From Verrucomicrobiaceae bacterium (GTDB lineage: Bacteria > Verrucomicrobiota > Verrucomicrobiia > Verrucomicrobiales > Akkermansiaceae), in assembly GCA_051252135.1 (NCBI GenBank), contig JBPOGH010000012.1, positions 71,098-135,097 of the forward strand: DNA of 64,000 nucleotides, read 5' to 3'. Positions 20,267 to 28,260 of the stretch are shown here, one piece after another. The translations under genes and the position numbers were made by a program. A model generated the notes under the pieces. It saw only the letters and a list, made by a program, of their open reading frames with translations. It ran no database searches and was not told where the DNA came from. Each line of letters begins with the position of its first letter. Within the stretch, counting starts at the first letter, position 1.

Positions 20267-20467
20267 CTAATTCTCTTCGGAGCCCTCGGCCTCCTCCTCT
20301 GCCTTCGTGTCACTCCCGACCGGAAGTGTCGTTTGCGTCTTTGCTCATCCCCCACCTGAGGATTTCTTGCCGCTCATTCATGTGGAAACTCCCATCGCCG
20401 GGAGAATCCACAGCTGCAGGGCAAAATACGCCCCGATCACTCCTAATCCGATTAAAAATCCTTTCAT
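20267..20467 (-). CDS. Candidate 66-aa membrane-anchored selenoprotein with two Sec (UGA) codons
   Basis: MKGFLIGLGVIGAYFALQLWILPAMGVST-U-MSGKKSSGGG-U-AKTQTTLPVGSDTKAEEEAEGSEEN-TAG; UGA at 20378-20380 and 20345-20347, each followed by a SECIS-like hairpin; TAG lies 12 nt before the NRDE start. Confidence 0.7.
20311..20328 (-). promoter_or_regulatory. SECIS-like hairpin for the second UGA
   Basis: mRNA CACUUCC-GGUC-GGGAGUG (7 bp, one GU pair); GGUC loop starts 23 nt after the UGA. Confidence 0.7.
20347..20363 (-). promoter_or_regulatory. SECIS-like hairpin for the first UGA
   Basis: mRNA AUCCUC-AGGUG-GGGGAU (6 bp, one GU pair); GGU-containing loop starts 20 nt after the UGA. Confidence 0.6.
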
Positions 20468-20607
20468 AACTGCGCTTTCAGGGATGGGAGTCCCTCTCAC
20501 CCGTAGTATTCCCCACTTTTTGAAACCTCGCAACCTTTCCAAAAAAACCTTTCCCCACGCGCCTTCATCGCGTTTCCTCCCCCCGCAATCCCAGCTTCGC
20601 TGAAATC

Positions 20608-22191
20608 ATGGCCAACAAAGATCAAACCGACACCGCCCGCATGGAAAAAATCGTTTCCCTCTGCAAACGCAAAGGCTTCATTTTCCAGTCCGCAGAACTC
20701 TACGGCGGACTCAATGGCTGCTGGGACTACGGCCCGCTCGGCACCGAGGTGAAACGCAACCTCAAGGAACTCTGGTGGCGTAAAAACGTCCAGGAGCGCG
20801 ATGACATCCTCGGCCTCGACGGCTCCATCCTCACCCACCAGGCCGTCCTCACCGCTTCCGGTCACATCGGCGGATTCTCCGATCCCATGTGCGACTGCCT
20901 CCTCACCAAGGCCCGCCTCCGCGCCGACCAGATCGAACCCCAGTCCGGCACCGCCTACCACTTCACCGGCGCTTCCCACGAAGAATCAGGCTGGTCCGTC
21001 GACCGCCCCTACTCCGTCCTCCTCAATCAACCGAATCAGGACGAAAACAAGGCCCGCAAAACCGCCAGGGAGTTCTACGCCCAGTTCCTCAGCGATAAGC
21101 AAATCTCGCCCAAAAAACTCAACCTTCAGGGCGAGTCCACCTCCGAGGAAAAGGACGTCACCAATTTCAATCCCGATAACGGATCCCTCCTCACCGAGCC
21201 CCGCGATTTCGAACTCATGTTCAAAACGCAAATGGGTGCCTCGGCTGACGAGAACGATCCCAACGCCACCGCCTACCTCCGACCCGAGACCGCCCAGTCC
21301 ATCTTCGTTCAATACAAGAACGTCATGGACTCCAACCGCGTCAAACTCCCCTTCGGCATCGCCCAAATCGGTAAATCGTTCCGTAACGAGATCAACCCGC
21401 GCAACTTCACCTTCCGCTCACGCGAGTTCGAACAAATGGAAGTGGAATACTTCTGCAAGCCCGAGGACGGCCTCCGCCTCACCGACGAATGGCTCGCCAA
21501 CCGCCTCGCCTTCTACGAGGAAATCGGACTCGATTCCGAAAAACTCCACGTCCTCGACATCCCCGATGGCGAGCGCGCCCACTACTCGCAGAAAACCTAC
21601 GATATCGAGTACGACTTCCCCTTCGGCCAACAGGAACTCGAAGGCGTCGCTTACCGGGGCGACTACGACCTCGGCAAGCACCAGAAGCACTCCGGCAAAC
21701 CCCTCGAGTATTTCGATGAGGAAACCAAAGAGCGCTTCATCCCCCACGTCGTTGAACCGTCAGCCGGATGCGACCGCACCATTCTCGCCCTCATCTGCGA
21801 AGCTTACGACGAGGAAGACCTCACCAAAGAAGGCGGCAAGCAGGACATCCGCACCGTCATGCGTTTCAAGCCCTGCGTCGCCCCCATCAAGGTCGCGATT
21901 CTCCCTCTCTTGAAGAACAAGCCCGAGCTCGTTGAAAAGGCCAAGGAAGTCAAAAACCTCCTCCAGCCCTTCATGAACGTCTTCTACGATGACTCCGCAG
22001 CCATCGGCCGCCGCTACCGTCGCCAGGACGAAGTCGGCACTCCCTTCTGCGTCGCCATCGACTTCGAAACCCTCGGCGAAGAAGACGCTTCGCTCAAAGA
22101 CACAGTCACCATCCGCCATCGTGACTCCATGGAACAGGAACGCATCGCCATCAGCGACCTCCTCCCATGGCTCCTCCAGCGGATCCGCTAG
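20608..22191 (+). CDS. glyQS: Glycine--tRNA ligase, alpha2 dimeric type
   Basis: DYGPLG, YLRPETAQ, GKSFRNEI, FRSREFEQME, VVEPSAG and IGRRYRRQDEVGTP motifs. Confidence 0.96.
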   Translation: MANKDQTDTARMEKIVSLCKRKGFIFQSAELYGGLNGCWDYGPLGTEVKRNLKELWWRKNVQERDDILGLDGSILTHQAVLTASGHIGGFSDPMCDCLLTKARLRADQIEPQSGTAYHFTGASHEESGWSVDRPYSVLLNQPNQDENKARKTAREFYAQFLSDKQISPKKLNLQGESTSEEKDVTNFNPDNGSLLTEPRDFELMFKTQMGASADENDPNATAYLRPETAQSIFVQYKNVMDSNRVKLPFGIAQIGKSFRNEINPRNFTFRSREFEQMEVEYFCKPEDGLRLTDEWLANRLAFYEEIGLDSEKLHVLDIPDGERAHYSQKTYDIEYDFPFGQQELEGVAYRGDYDLGKHQKHSGKPLEYFDEETKERFIPHVVEPSAGCDRTILALICEAYDEEDLTKEGGKQDIRTVMRFKPCVAPIKVAILPLLKNKPELVEKAKEVKNLLQPFMNVFYDDSAAIGRRYRRQDEVGTPFCVAIDFETLGEEDASLKDTVTIRHRDSMEQERIAISDLLPWLLQRIR

Positions 22192-22316
22192 GGCCTCGTC
22201 GAGACATCTCACACACCGGAGGGCTCCCCCTCCCGGTGCCTTCGCGGCGTCTACCTGGATTCCCCCATCAGGGAAAGAAAACTGGATTGATTGGCGTCCT
22301 CCCCTAAAACGGTCCC

Positions 22317-23768
22317 GTGGATGTCATCCCTCTCATCCCCCCGATTGTCGCGCTCGTCCTCATCTTATGGACTAAGAACGCTGCCCTCTCCCTGGGCTCC
22401 GCCGTCCTCACCGGAATCCTCATCATCCATTCCGGATCCCCCCTCCCCGCCCTTCAGGGACTTCTAAAAGACATCCTCATTCCCGTCTTCCAAAGCCTCT
22501 GGAACATCAGCGCCATCGTCTTCACCCTCACCCTCGGCTCCTTCGCCACCATCCTTGAGAAAGGCGGAGGCTTCACCGCCATCCTCCACCGACTCCTCAA
22601 AAAAGAGACCTCCGACCCCAAAAAACGCCTCCTCTTCGGCATCTACGGCCTCGGCCTCCTCTGCTTCTTCGATGGCCTCGCCAATGCCATCCTCCTCGGC
22701 CGCATCTCACGCCCCCTCACCGATGCCCTCCGCATCTCACGCCAGTTCCTCGCCTACCTCATCGACTCCACCAGCTCTTGTGTCGCCTGCGTCGCCTTCA
22801 TCTCCACCTGGATCGCCACCCAACTCTCACTCATCCGGGAAGGTCTCAAAGATTCCGCCATCACCACCAGCCCTGCCGAACTCTTTTTCGCCTCCATCCC
22901 CGCCAACCCCTACTGCCTCCTCACCCTCCTCCTCATCCCCCTCGTCATCGCCCGCTCCTGGCACCCCGGCCCCATGAAAAAGGCCCAACCCGTCGAAAAC
23001 GCCACCCCCCTCGACACTCCCGTCACCTCTTCCGCCAAAAGCGCCCTCATCCCACTCGCCGTCCTCGTCCTCGCTCTCTCCGGCTTCATCTACCTCTGGC
23101 AAAGCGGACCCGAGCGCTCCTGGCAAAACGCCTTTTCCTCCCCCGGCGTCCCCTACGCCATGATGACCGCCGGCTTCGTCGCCCTCCTCGCCGCCTGCCT
23201 CTCCTTTCCAAAGGCCGACCGCAAAAATCTCCCCGACCACATCTTCAAGGGAGCCGCCAGTCTCGCCCCCGCCCTCCTCATCCTCCTCTGCGCCTGGTCC
23301 CTCGGAAAAGTCTTCAATCAACTCGGCACCGCCAATCTCCTCGCCGGACTCCTCCAACAATCCCTCACCCTCGCCTACTTCCCCCTCGCCGTCTTCCTCC
23401 TCGGAGCCCTCATGAGCTTCCTCACCGGATCCTCCTGGGGCACCATGGGCCTCCTCATGCCAATGGTCCTCCCCATCGCCCTCCAGCTCGGTGCCGACGC
23501 CACCACCATCCCCCTCGTCATCGGTGCCGTCTTCGGTGGTGCCGTCTTTGGCGACCACTGCAGCCCCTTCTCGGACACCACCATCGTTTCCGCCATGGCC
23601 TCCGGTTGCACCCCCACGTCCCACGTCATCACCCAGCTCCCCTACGCCCTCATCACCGCCCTCGGAGCATCACTCGCCTACCTCCTCATGGCCCTCGGCC
23701 TCACTCCTGCCCTCGCCACCCTCGCCCTCGCCATCTCCTTGGGTGCCTTCGTCCTGACCAGACGCTAA
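22317..23768 (+). CDS. Na+/H+ antiporter NhaC family / amino acid transporter
   Basis: Polytopic membrane protein with FFD, AYLIDST, TGSSWGT and GAVFGDHCSPFSDTT motifs. Confidence 0.88.
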   Translation: MDVIPLIPPIVALVLILWTKNAALSLGSAVLTGILIIHSGSPLPALQGLLKDILIPVFQSLWNISAIVFTLTLGSFATILEKGGGFTAILHRLLKKETSDPKKRLLFGIYGLGLLCFFDGLANAILLGRISRPLTDALRISRQFLAYLIDSTSSCVACVAFISTWIATQLSLIREGLKDSAITTSPAELFFASIPANPYCLLTLLLIPLVIARSWHPGPMKKAQPVENATPLDTPVTSSAKSALIPLAVLVLALSGFIYLWQSGPERSWQNAFSSPGVPYAMMTAGFVALLAACLSFPKADRKNLPDHIFKGAASLAPALLILLCAWSLGKVFNQLGTANLLAGLLQQSLTLAYFPLAVFLLGALMSFLTGSSWGTMGLLMPMVLPIALQLGADATTIPLVIGAVFGGAVFGDHCSPFSDTTIVSAMASGCTPTSHVITQLPYALITALGASLAYLLMALGLTPALATLALAISLGAFVLTRR

Positions 23769-23939
23769 GGAAGCGCTGATTTAAGAGGAAGTTGGGAAAC
23801 ACCAACGACTGAGGACCAACGCCGCTTGAAGTGAAAGGACTCGCAGCCCGTCAGGGTTCACCTCCTGCCTCCTCAGCGAAGCTGCACGTCTTTCAAACCC
23901 CAAAATCAGAACACTCGTTGGGCATCTTTCAGACGGCCT

Positions 23940-25277
23940 CTAACTCACCAGGTCCCCAATGCTTCCAAATCCCGGCTCAAAAAGCCGACGATACATCCGC
24001 ACCGCATAACCATCGGTCATCCCAGCCAGGAAATCGCACACCAGTCGCGCCCGCTCCTTCTCGCTTCCCGCCCCTTCGATCTCCGCGACATCGCCATCGC
24101 CCAAAAGTTGGAAATTCTGCCCGTCAATCGCTTCCCCTTTCACATAACGCTGTTCCAGCACCTCCCACAACCGCCGCAACATCAAACTCCCCTTGTGCTC
24201 CAGCTGCTTCAGTTGCGGTGATAAAAAGACCACCTCGTAGGCCAACTTCTTGAAGAGTTCACTCTCTTCCCGAACCTCCTCATCCACCGTCACCTTGAAG
24301 CCATAGCGATGGGACATCTCACTCAAAAAGTTCACATCCCTCTCCAGCCGTGCCGCCCGAATAAACTTCCCGATCCGGCTCCCCACAAATCGCTCAATCC
24401 GCCCGCCCCGGATCGCCCGCACCAACTTGCCCATCGGACTCTCATCGGAACAATCCACCCCCGCCTTCTCCGCCCAACGCTCCACCTTCTCCACCGTTAA
24501 AAATCCCGCCCGCACACTGTCCGCCAAATCATTCAGCGAGTACGCCGTGTCATCAGCCCAGTCCATGATCTGACACTCGATCGATTTGAACGAATCCCGC
24601 ACCTTCCCCGGCACCAGCTCCGCTGGAAAATCCTGCTCGCCCAAGGCCCACGTCAAATCACCCACCTGACTGTCGTAAAGAAAATGGTTCCCCGGATTCT
24701 TTCCCGTCGTCGTCTTGAGTTCACTCCACAGCGATTTGTACTTCAACACCCCGTCCGCAAACGACCGCGTCGGATCCATCCCCGTCCGGCTCTGCGAAAA
24801 AATCCGGTCGTTCAACAAACGCAGCGTCTGCGCATTCCCCTCAAAGCCACCGTAGTCCGCCATGAAATGATTCAGCGACCGCTCCCCCGCATGACCAAAT
24901 GGCGGATGCCCCAGATCATGCGAAAGGCAAATCGCCTCCATCAAATCCTCATCCACAAAAAAATCATCCTCTAACAAATCACTCGAGTGCTTCAGCCACC
25001 GGCATATCGATTTCCCCACCTGCGCCACTTCCAGCGAGTGCGTCAGCCGCGTCCGGTAAAAGTCATACTCCCCGCTCCAAAACACCTGCGTCTTGCTCTG
25101 CATCCGACGAAACGTCGGCGTGTGCAACACCCGGTCACGATCAATCTGAAACGGACTCCGAAAGTCCTCTTCATCACTTCGTCCCGACGCTCTCTCCAGA
25201 TCAAACGCTCCATAAAACCGATTCTGCACGCCCCCCTTTACCTCACTTCCGCCCAAAGACCAATCTTCGCGTCTCAT
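23940..25277 (-). CDS. dgt: dGTP triphosphohydrolase (HD superfamily)
   Basis: RDRVLH, KTQVF, RTRLTHSLEV, HDLGHPPFGHAGE, FEGNAQ, ADD.AY and AGMTD motifs. Confidence 0.93.
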   Translation of the reverse strand: MRREDWSLGGSEVKGGVQNRFYGAFDLERASGRSDEEDFRSPFQIDRDRVLHTPTFRRMQSKTQVFWSGEYDFYRTRLTHSLEVAQVGKSICRWLKHSSDLLEDDFFVDEDLMEAICLSHDLGHPPFGHAGERSLNHFMADYGGFEGNAQTLRLLNDRIFSQSRTGMDPTRSFADGVLKYKSLWSELKTTTGKNPGNHFLYDSQVGDLTWALGEQDFPAELVPGKVRDSFKSIECQIMDWADDTAYSLNDLADSVRAGFLTVEKVERWAEKAGVDCSDESPMGKLVRAIRGGRIERFVGSRIGKFIRAARLERDVNFLSEMSHRYGFKVTVDEEVREESELFKKLAYEVVFLSPQLKQLEHKGSLMLRRLWEVLEQRYVKGEAIDGQNFQLLGDGDVAEIEGAGSEKERARLVCDFLAGMTDGYAVRMYRRLFEPGFGSIGDLVS

Positions 25278-25312
25278 TGACTTCTCATCGTTTCACTGTT
25301 ACCTGTCCCGTA

Positions 25313-25726
25313 GTGCTTCGCAAAACGGCAGCTTCTTTTCTGCTCTCGGTCATGAGTCTCCTCATCGGCCTGCAAGCCCCCGTGCTCGGATTCTGCCAAC
25401 ATTCGCAGACCTTTTTCCTCACCTCCCCGGAGTGCGTCGAGGAACCTCCCGTCCACGATTGCCACGACTGCACACACCACCACGAAGAACCGGCCGAATC
25501 TCCCTGCGACGATTGCCACCATTTCGTTTCGTTGGATATCGACGACTTCTTCTGGGCCACTGACAGCAGTCAAAAGGCTCCCCTCAAATCTCTCATCACT
25601 CCGGACTTCGGACCCTCACCCGCACCTGCGGCTTTGGGAAAAATGATGACCTCTCCCGACGCCCCGCGTCCCCCGCCACCTCCCGGCACCCCGCTCTTCC
25701 GTCTTCACTCGGTGATCAGACGTTGA
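25313..25726 (+). CDS. Cys/His-rich exported leader-like protein upstream of the metal efflux operon
   Basis: GTG start, hydrophobic N-terminus, HDCHDCTHHH, PCDDCHH, C-terminal APRPPPPPG..LFRLHSVIRR. Confidence 0.7.
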   Translation: MLRKTAASFLLSVMSLLIGLQAPVLGFCQHSQTFFLTSPECVEEPPVHDCHDCTHHHEEPAESPCDDCHHFVSLDIDDFFWATDSSQKAPLKSLITPDFGPSPAPAALGKMMTSPDAPRPPPPPGTPLFRLHSVIRR

Positions 25727-25854
25727 TGAAACGCACCGCGGACTGACCTCTCCCGTCAGCTTCCGCCTTTGGCATTTCCCTGCCTCCTCCTCTGAGCCGT
25801 ATCCACGCGTGCTCATCTTTCTCTCCGATTCATCAATTCCTACCCACGTCTCCC

Positions 25855-27129
25855 GTGAAAACGATTCTCCTTTTTGCTCCCATCCTCCTCATCTCCTGCG
25901 CCACCCCGTCGCCGGATGTCCCCATCGTCGCCGTGAAGGACCTCATCGCTACCGCCACCAAGCACAGCGAAACCACTACCAATCTCACCTTCGATAACCT
26001 TCCCGCCAAGGTCCGCGCCCGCAACCCCCAGCTCGCCGCCGCCCGTAATCTCATCGCAGAAGCCAATGGCCACCTCATCCAGGCCGGCGTGAAGAGCAAC
26101 CCCGAGCTCGAAATGGAGTTCGAAGCCGACCGCCGCTTCCGCGACCTCATGCTCACCGTTGGCGTCTCCCAACGCTTCCCCCGCACCAACCGACTCCTCC
26201 TCGAAAAACGCACCTCCCAAATCCTCGTTCAGGCCGCCGCCGCTGAAATCCGCGATGTCGAACGCCAGCTCATCGGCGAAGCCCGCCTCGCCTTCACCAA
26301 TCTCGTCGCCCTTCGCAGCGAACAAGACCTCATCAAAGCACAGGAGGAAAAATCCCGGCAGCTCGCCCGCTTCATCACCGACGCCTCCGTCCGCGGAGAA
26401 GCCTCCTCGCTCGAAGCCGGCACCGCCCTCCTCGAGGCCACCCGCCTCGCCAACCGAGCCCGCCAGGTCGCCATCCGGCATGACCTCGCCCTCGCCAAAC
26501 TCAAACCCCTCCTCGGCCTTCGCCCGACCGACACCCTCACCACCGACGCATCCCTCCCTCCCACCACCCTCCCGCCCATGCTCGTCGGCAGTGCCAACCG
26601 CCCTGATCTCGAAGCCGCCCGACTCCGCGCCCAAAGCGCCGCCTCCGCCACCGAACTCGAACGGTCCAGGAAGCTCGATGACATCGAAGCCGGAGTCTTC
26701 GCCGGCCTCGGCCGGGCGGAAGACGCCCCCAACGGACTTGAGTCGGAACAAATCATCGGCTTCCGCGTCAAAATCCCCTTCGCCACCAACAATCAAAACA
26801 CCGGCAACATCCTCGCCGCCGAAGCCCGCCACCAACGCCTCACCGCCGAAGCCCGCGCCCTCACTCTCGGCATCCGCGCCGAGGCCGCAGCCTACTATCA
26901 GGAAATGGCCCAATGGAGCGCCCTCGCCCTTCAGATTGAAACCAAGCTCATTCCCCTCGCCGACTCTCAAATCAACCTCACCAAAGCCTCCTACGAGCGC
27001 GGCGAAGCTCCCCTTCAGGACGTCCTCCGCGCCCAGGAACAACGCCTCTCTCTCAAGACCTCCCACCTCGAAGCCGTGCGCGACTTCCACCTCGCCCACG
27101 CCAACTACCTCACCGCCATCGCCCAATGA
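25855..27129 (+). CDS. TolC/CzcC family outer membrane efflux lipoprotein
   Basis: Lipobox LISC, two helical OEP repeats (RNPQLAAAR, NRPDLEAAR, SYERGE). Confidence 0.9.
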   Translation: MKTILLFAPILLISCATPSPDVPIVAVKDLIATATKHSETTTNLTFDNLPAKVRARNPQLAAARNLIAEANGHLIQAGVKSNPELEMEFEADRRFRDLMLTVGVSQRFPRTNRLLLEKRTSQILVQAAAAEIRDVERQLIGEARLAFTNLVALRSEQDLIKAQEEKSRQLARFITDASVRGEASSLEAGTALLEATRLANRARQVAIRHDLALAKLKPLLGLRPTDTLTTDASLPPTTLPPMLVGSANRPDLEAARLRAQSAASATELERSRKLDDIEAGVFAGLGRAEDAPNGLESEQIIGFRVKIPFATNNQNTGNILAAEARHQRLTAEARALTLGIRAEAAAYYQEMAQWSALALQIETKLIPLADSQINLTKASYERGEAPLQDVLRAQEQRLSLKTSHLEAVRDFHLAHANYLTAIAQ

Positions 27130-28208
27130 AAATCTCTCCCCTTTTCCCGCTCCTCTTCCTTTCTCCGCTCCTCGCTGAAGAAGAGCGCATCAATCTCACT
27201 GACACCGCGATCAAAAACCTCGCCATCGAGGTCGTCGAATCGGAGGACACCACCTTCGAGACCACCCTCTTCTCCATCGGACACCTCCGGGAAATTCCCA
27301 GCAACCACAGCGTCGTTTCCTCCCGCATCCCCGGACGCGTCATCGACCTCAAGGTCATCGCAGGCGACTTCGTCGAAAAAGGCGACCCCCTCATTTCCGT
27401 CGAATCCCGTCAGGCAGGCAACCCGCCTCCCACCATCACTCTCAACGCTCCTGCCTCGGGAATCATCGCCGAAAGCCACATCCGCCTCGGCGAGCCCGTC
27501 GATCCCGCAAATGAGCTCCTCGACATCCTCGACCTCCGCCAACTCTGGGCCGTCGCCCGCGTCCCCCAACAGGAGGCCGGACGCATCAGAATCGGCTCCA
27601 AAGCCCGCATCCGCATCCCCGCTCTCGGCGAACAATCCGTCACCGGAGAACTCATCCGTTTTGGCACCGAAGCCGACAAGGCCTCCGGCACCTTCGATGC
27701 CATCTTCCTCATCGAAAACGCCGAACTCATCCTCCGCCCCGGCATGCGCGCCGAGTTCGCCATCATCACTTCCACCCGCCCCGATGTCACCGTCGTCCCC
27801 AAGGAAGCCGTCCAGGGCGACCTCTCCAACCGCGTCGTCTACATCCGCGATTTCGACCTCCCCAATTCCTTCATCAAATCCCCCGTCGTCACCGGCGAGG
27901 AAAATGACAAGTTTATCGAAATCAAAGAAGGCCTCTTCCCCGGCGATGAAGTCGTCACCAGCGGCGCCTACCTCCTCGGCTTCAGCGGCGGCGGAAACCT
28001 CTCCCTCAAGGAAGTCCTCGATGCCGCCCACGGCCACGAGCACAACGAGGACGGCTCCGAAATCACCGAGGACGAAAAAGCCGCCTCAGCGGACGAACAC
28101 GATCACGACCACCACGGCTCCTCCTCCCTCACCAAAATCCTCATCGCCACCAACATCATCCTCCTCACCCTCCTGATCCTCTCCTCCCTCCGCAAACCCA
28201 AATTGTAA
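27126..28208 (+). CDS. RND periplasmic adaptor (CzcB-like)
   Basis: SSRIPGRV, APASG, LRPGM, VVPKEAV and GLFPGDEVV motifs; His-rich linker and C-terminal TM. Confidence 0.9.
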   Translation: MKISPLFPLLFLSPLLAEEERINLTDTAIKNLAIEVVESEDTTFETTLFSIGHLREIPSNHSVVSSRIPGRVIDLKVIAGDFVEKGDPLISVESRQAGNPPPTITLNAPASGIIAESHIRLGEPVDPANELLDILDLRQLWAVARVPQQEAGRIRIGSKARIRIPALGEQSVTGELIRFGTEADKASGTFDAIFLIENAELILRPGMRAEFAIITSTRPDVTVVPKEAVQGDLSNRVVYIRDFDLPNSFIKSPVVTGEENDKFIEIKEGLFPGDEVVTSGAYLLGFSGGGNLSLKEVLDAAHGHEHNEDGSEITEDEKAASADEHDHDHHGSSSLTKILIATNIILLTLLILSSLRKPKL

Positions 28209-28260
28209 CGTCGGTCTATGACCGTCGCAACCCTCCCCTTCACCCTTCAGCCTTAGCAAG

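Noticed and set aside
20309..20347. Short alternative ORF MSKDANDTSGRE starting at the ATG that overlaps the second UGA
   Set aside because: Only 12 codons with no features; the Sec-readthrough frame explains both hairpins and the operon spacing better.
20930..21180. Insertion in GlyRS relative to typical dimeric enzymes
   Set aside because: It falls in the known variable insertion region and shows no intein or intron hallmarks.
20801..21913. Ser/Pro/Thr-rich and His/Arg/Pro-rich alternative-frame ORFs throughout the window
   Set aside because: These are off-frame readings of C-ending codons, not real low-complexity proteins.
22214..22238. Hairpin CACCGG-AGGG...CCCT-C-CCGGTG after glyQS
   Set aside because: No U-tract, so it cannot be called a terminator; no riboswitch or T-box features recognised.
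23928..23937. Exact reverse complement of the Neisseria DNA uptake sequence GCCGTCTGAA
   Set aside because: I noticed only one occurrence, in an unrelated lineage; compatible with chance or a repeat end.
23940..25277. dGTPase as an anti-phage defence gene
   Set aside because: Housekeeping-like context and typical skew, with no neighbouring defence genes.
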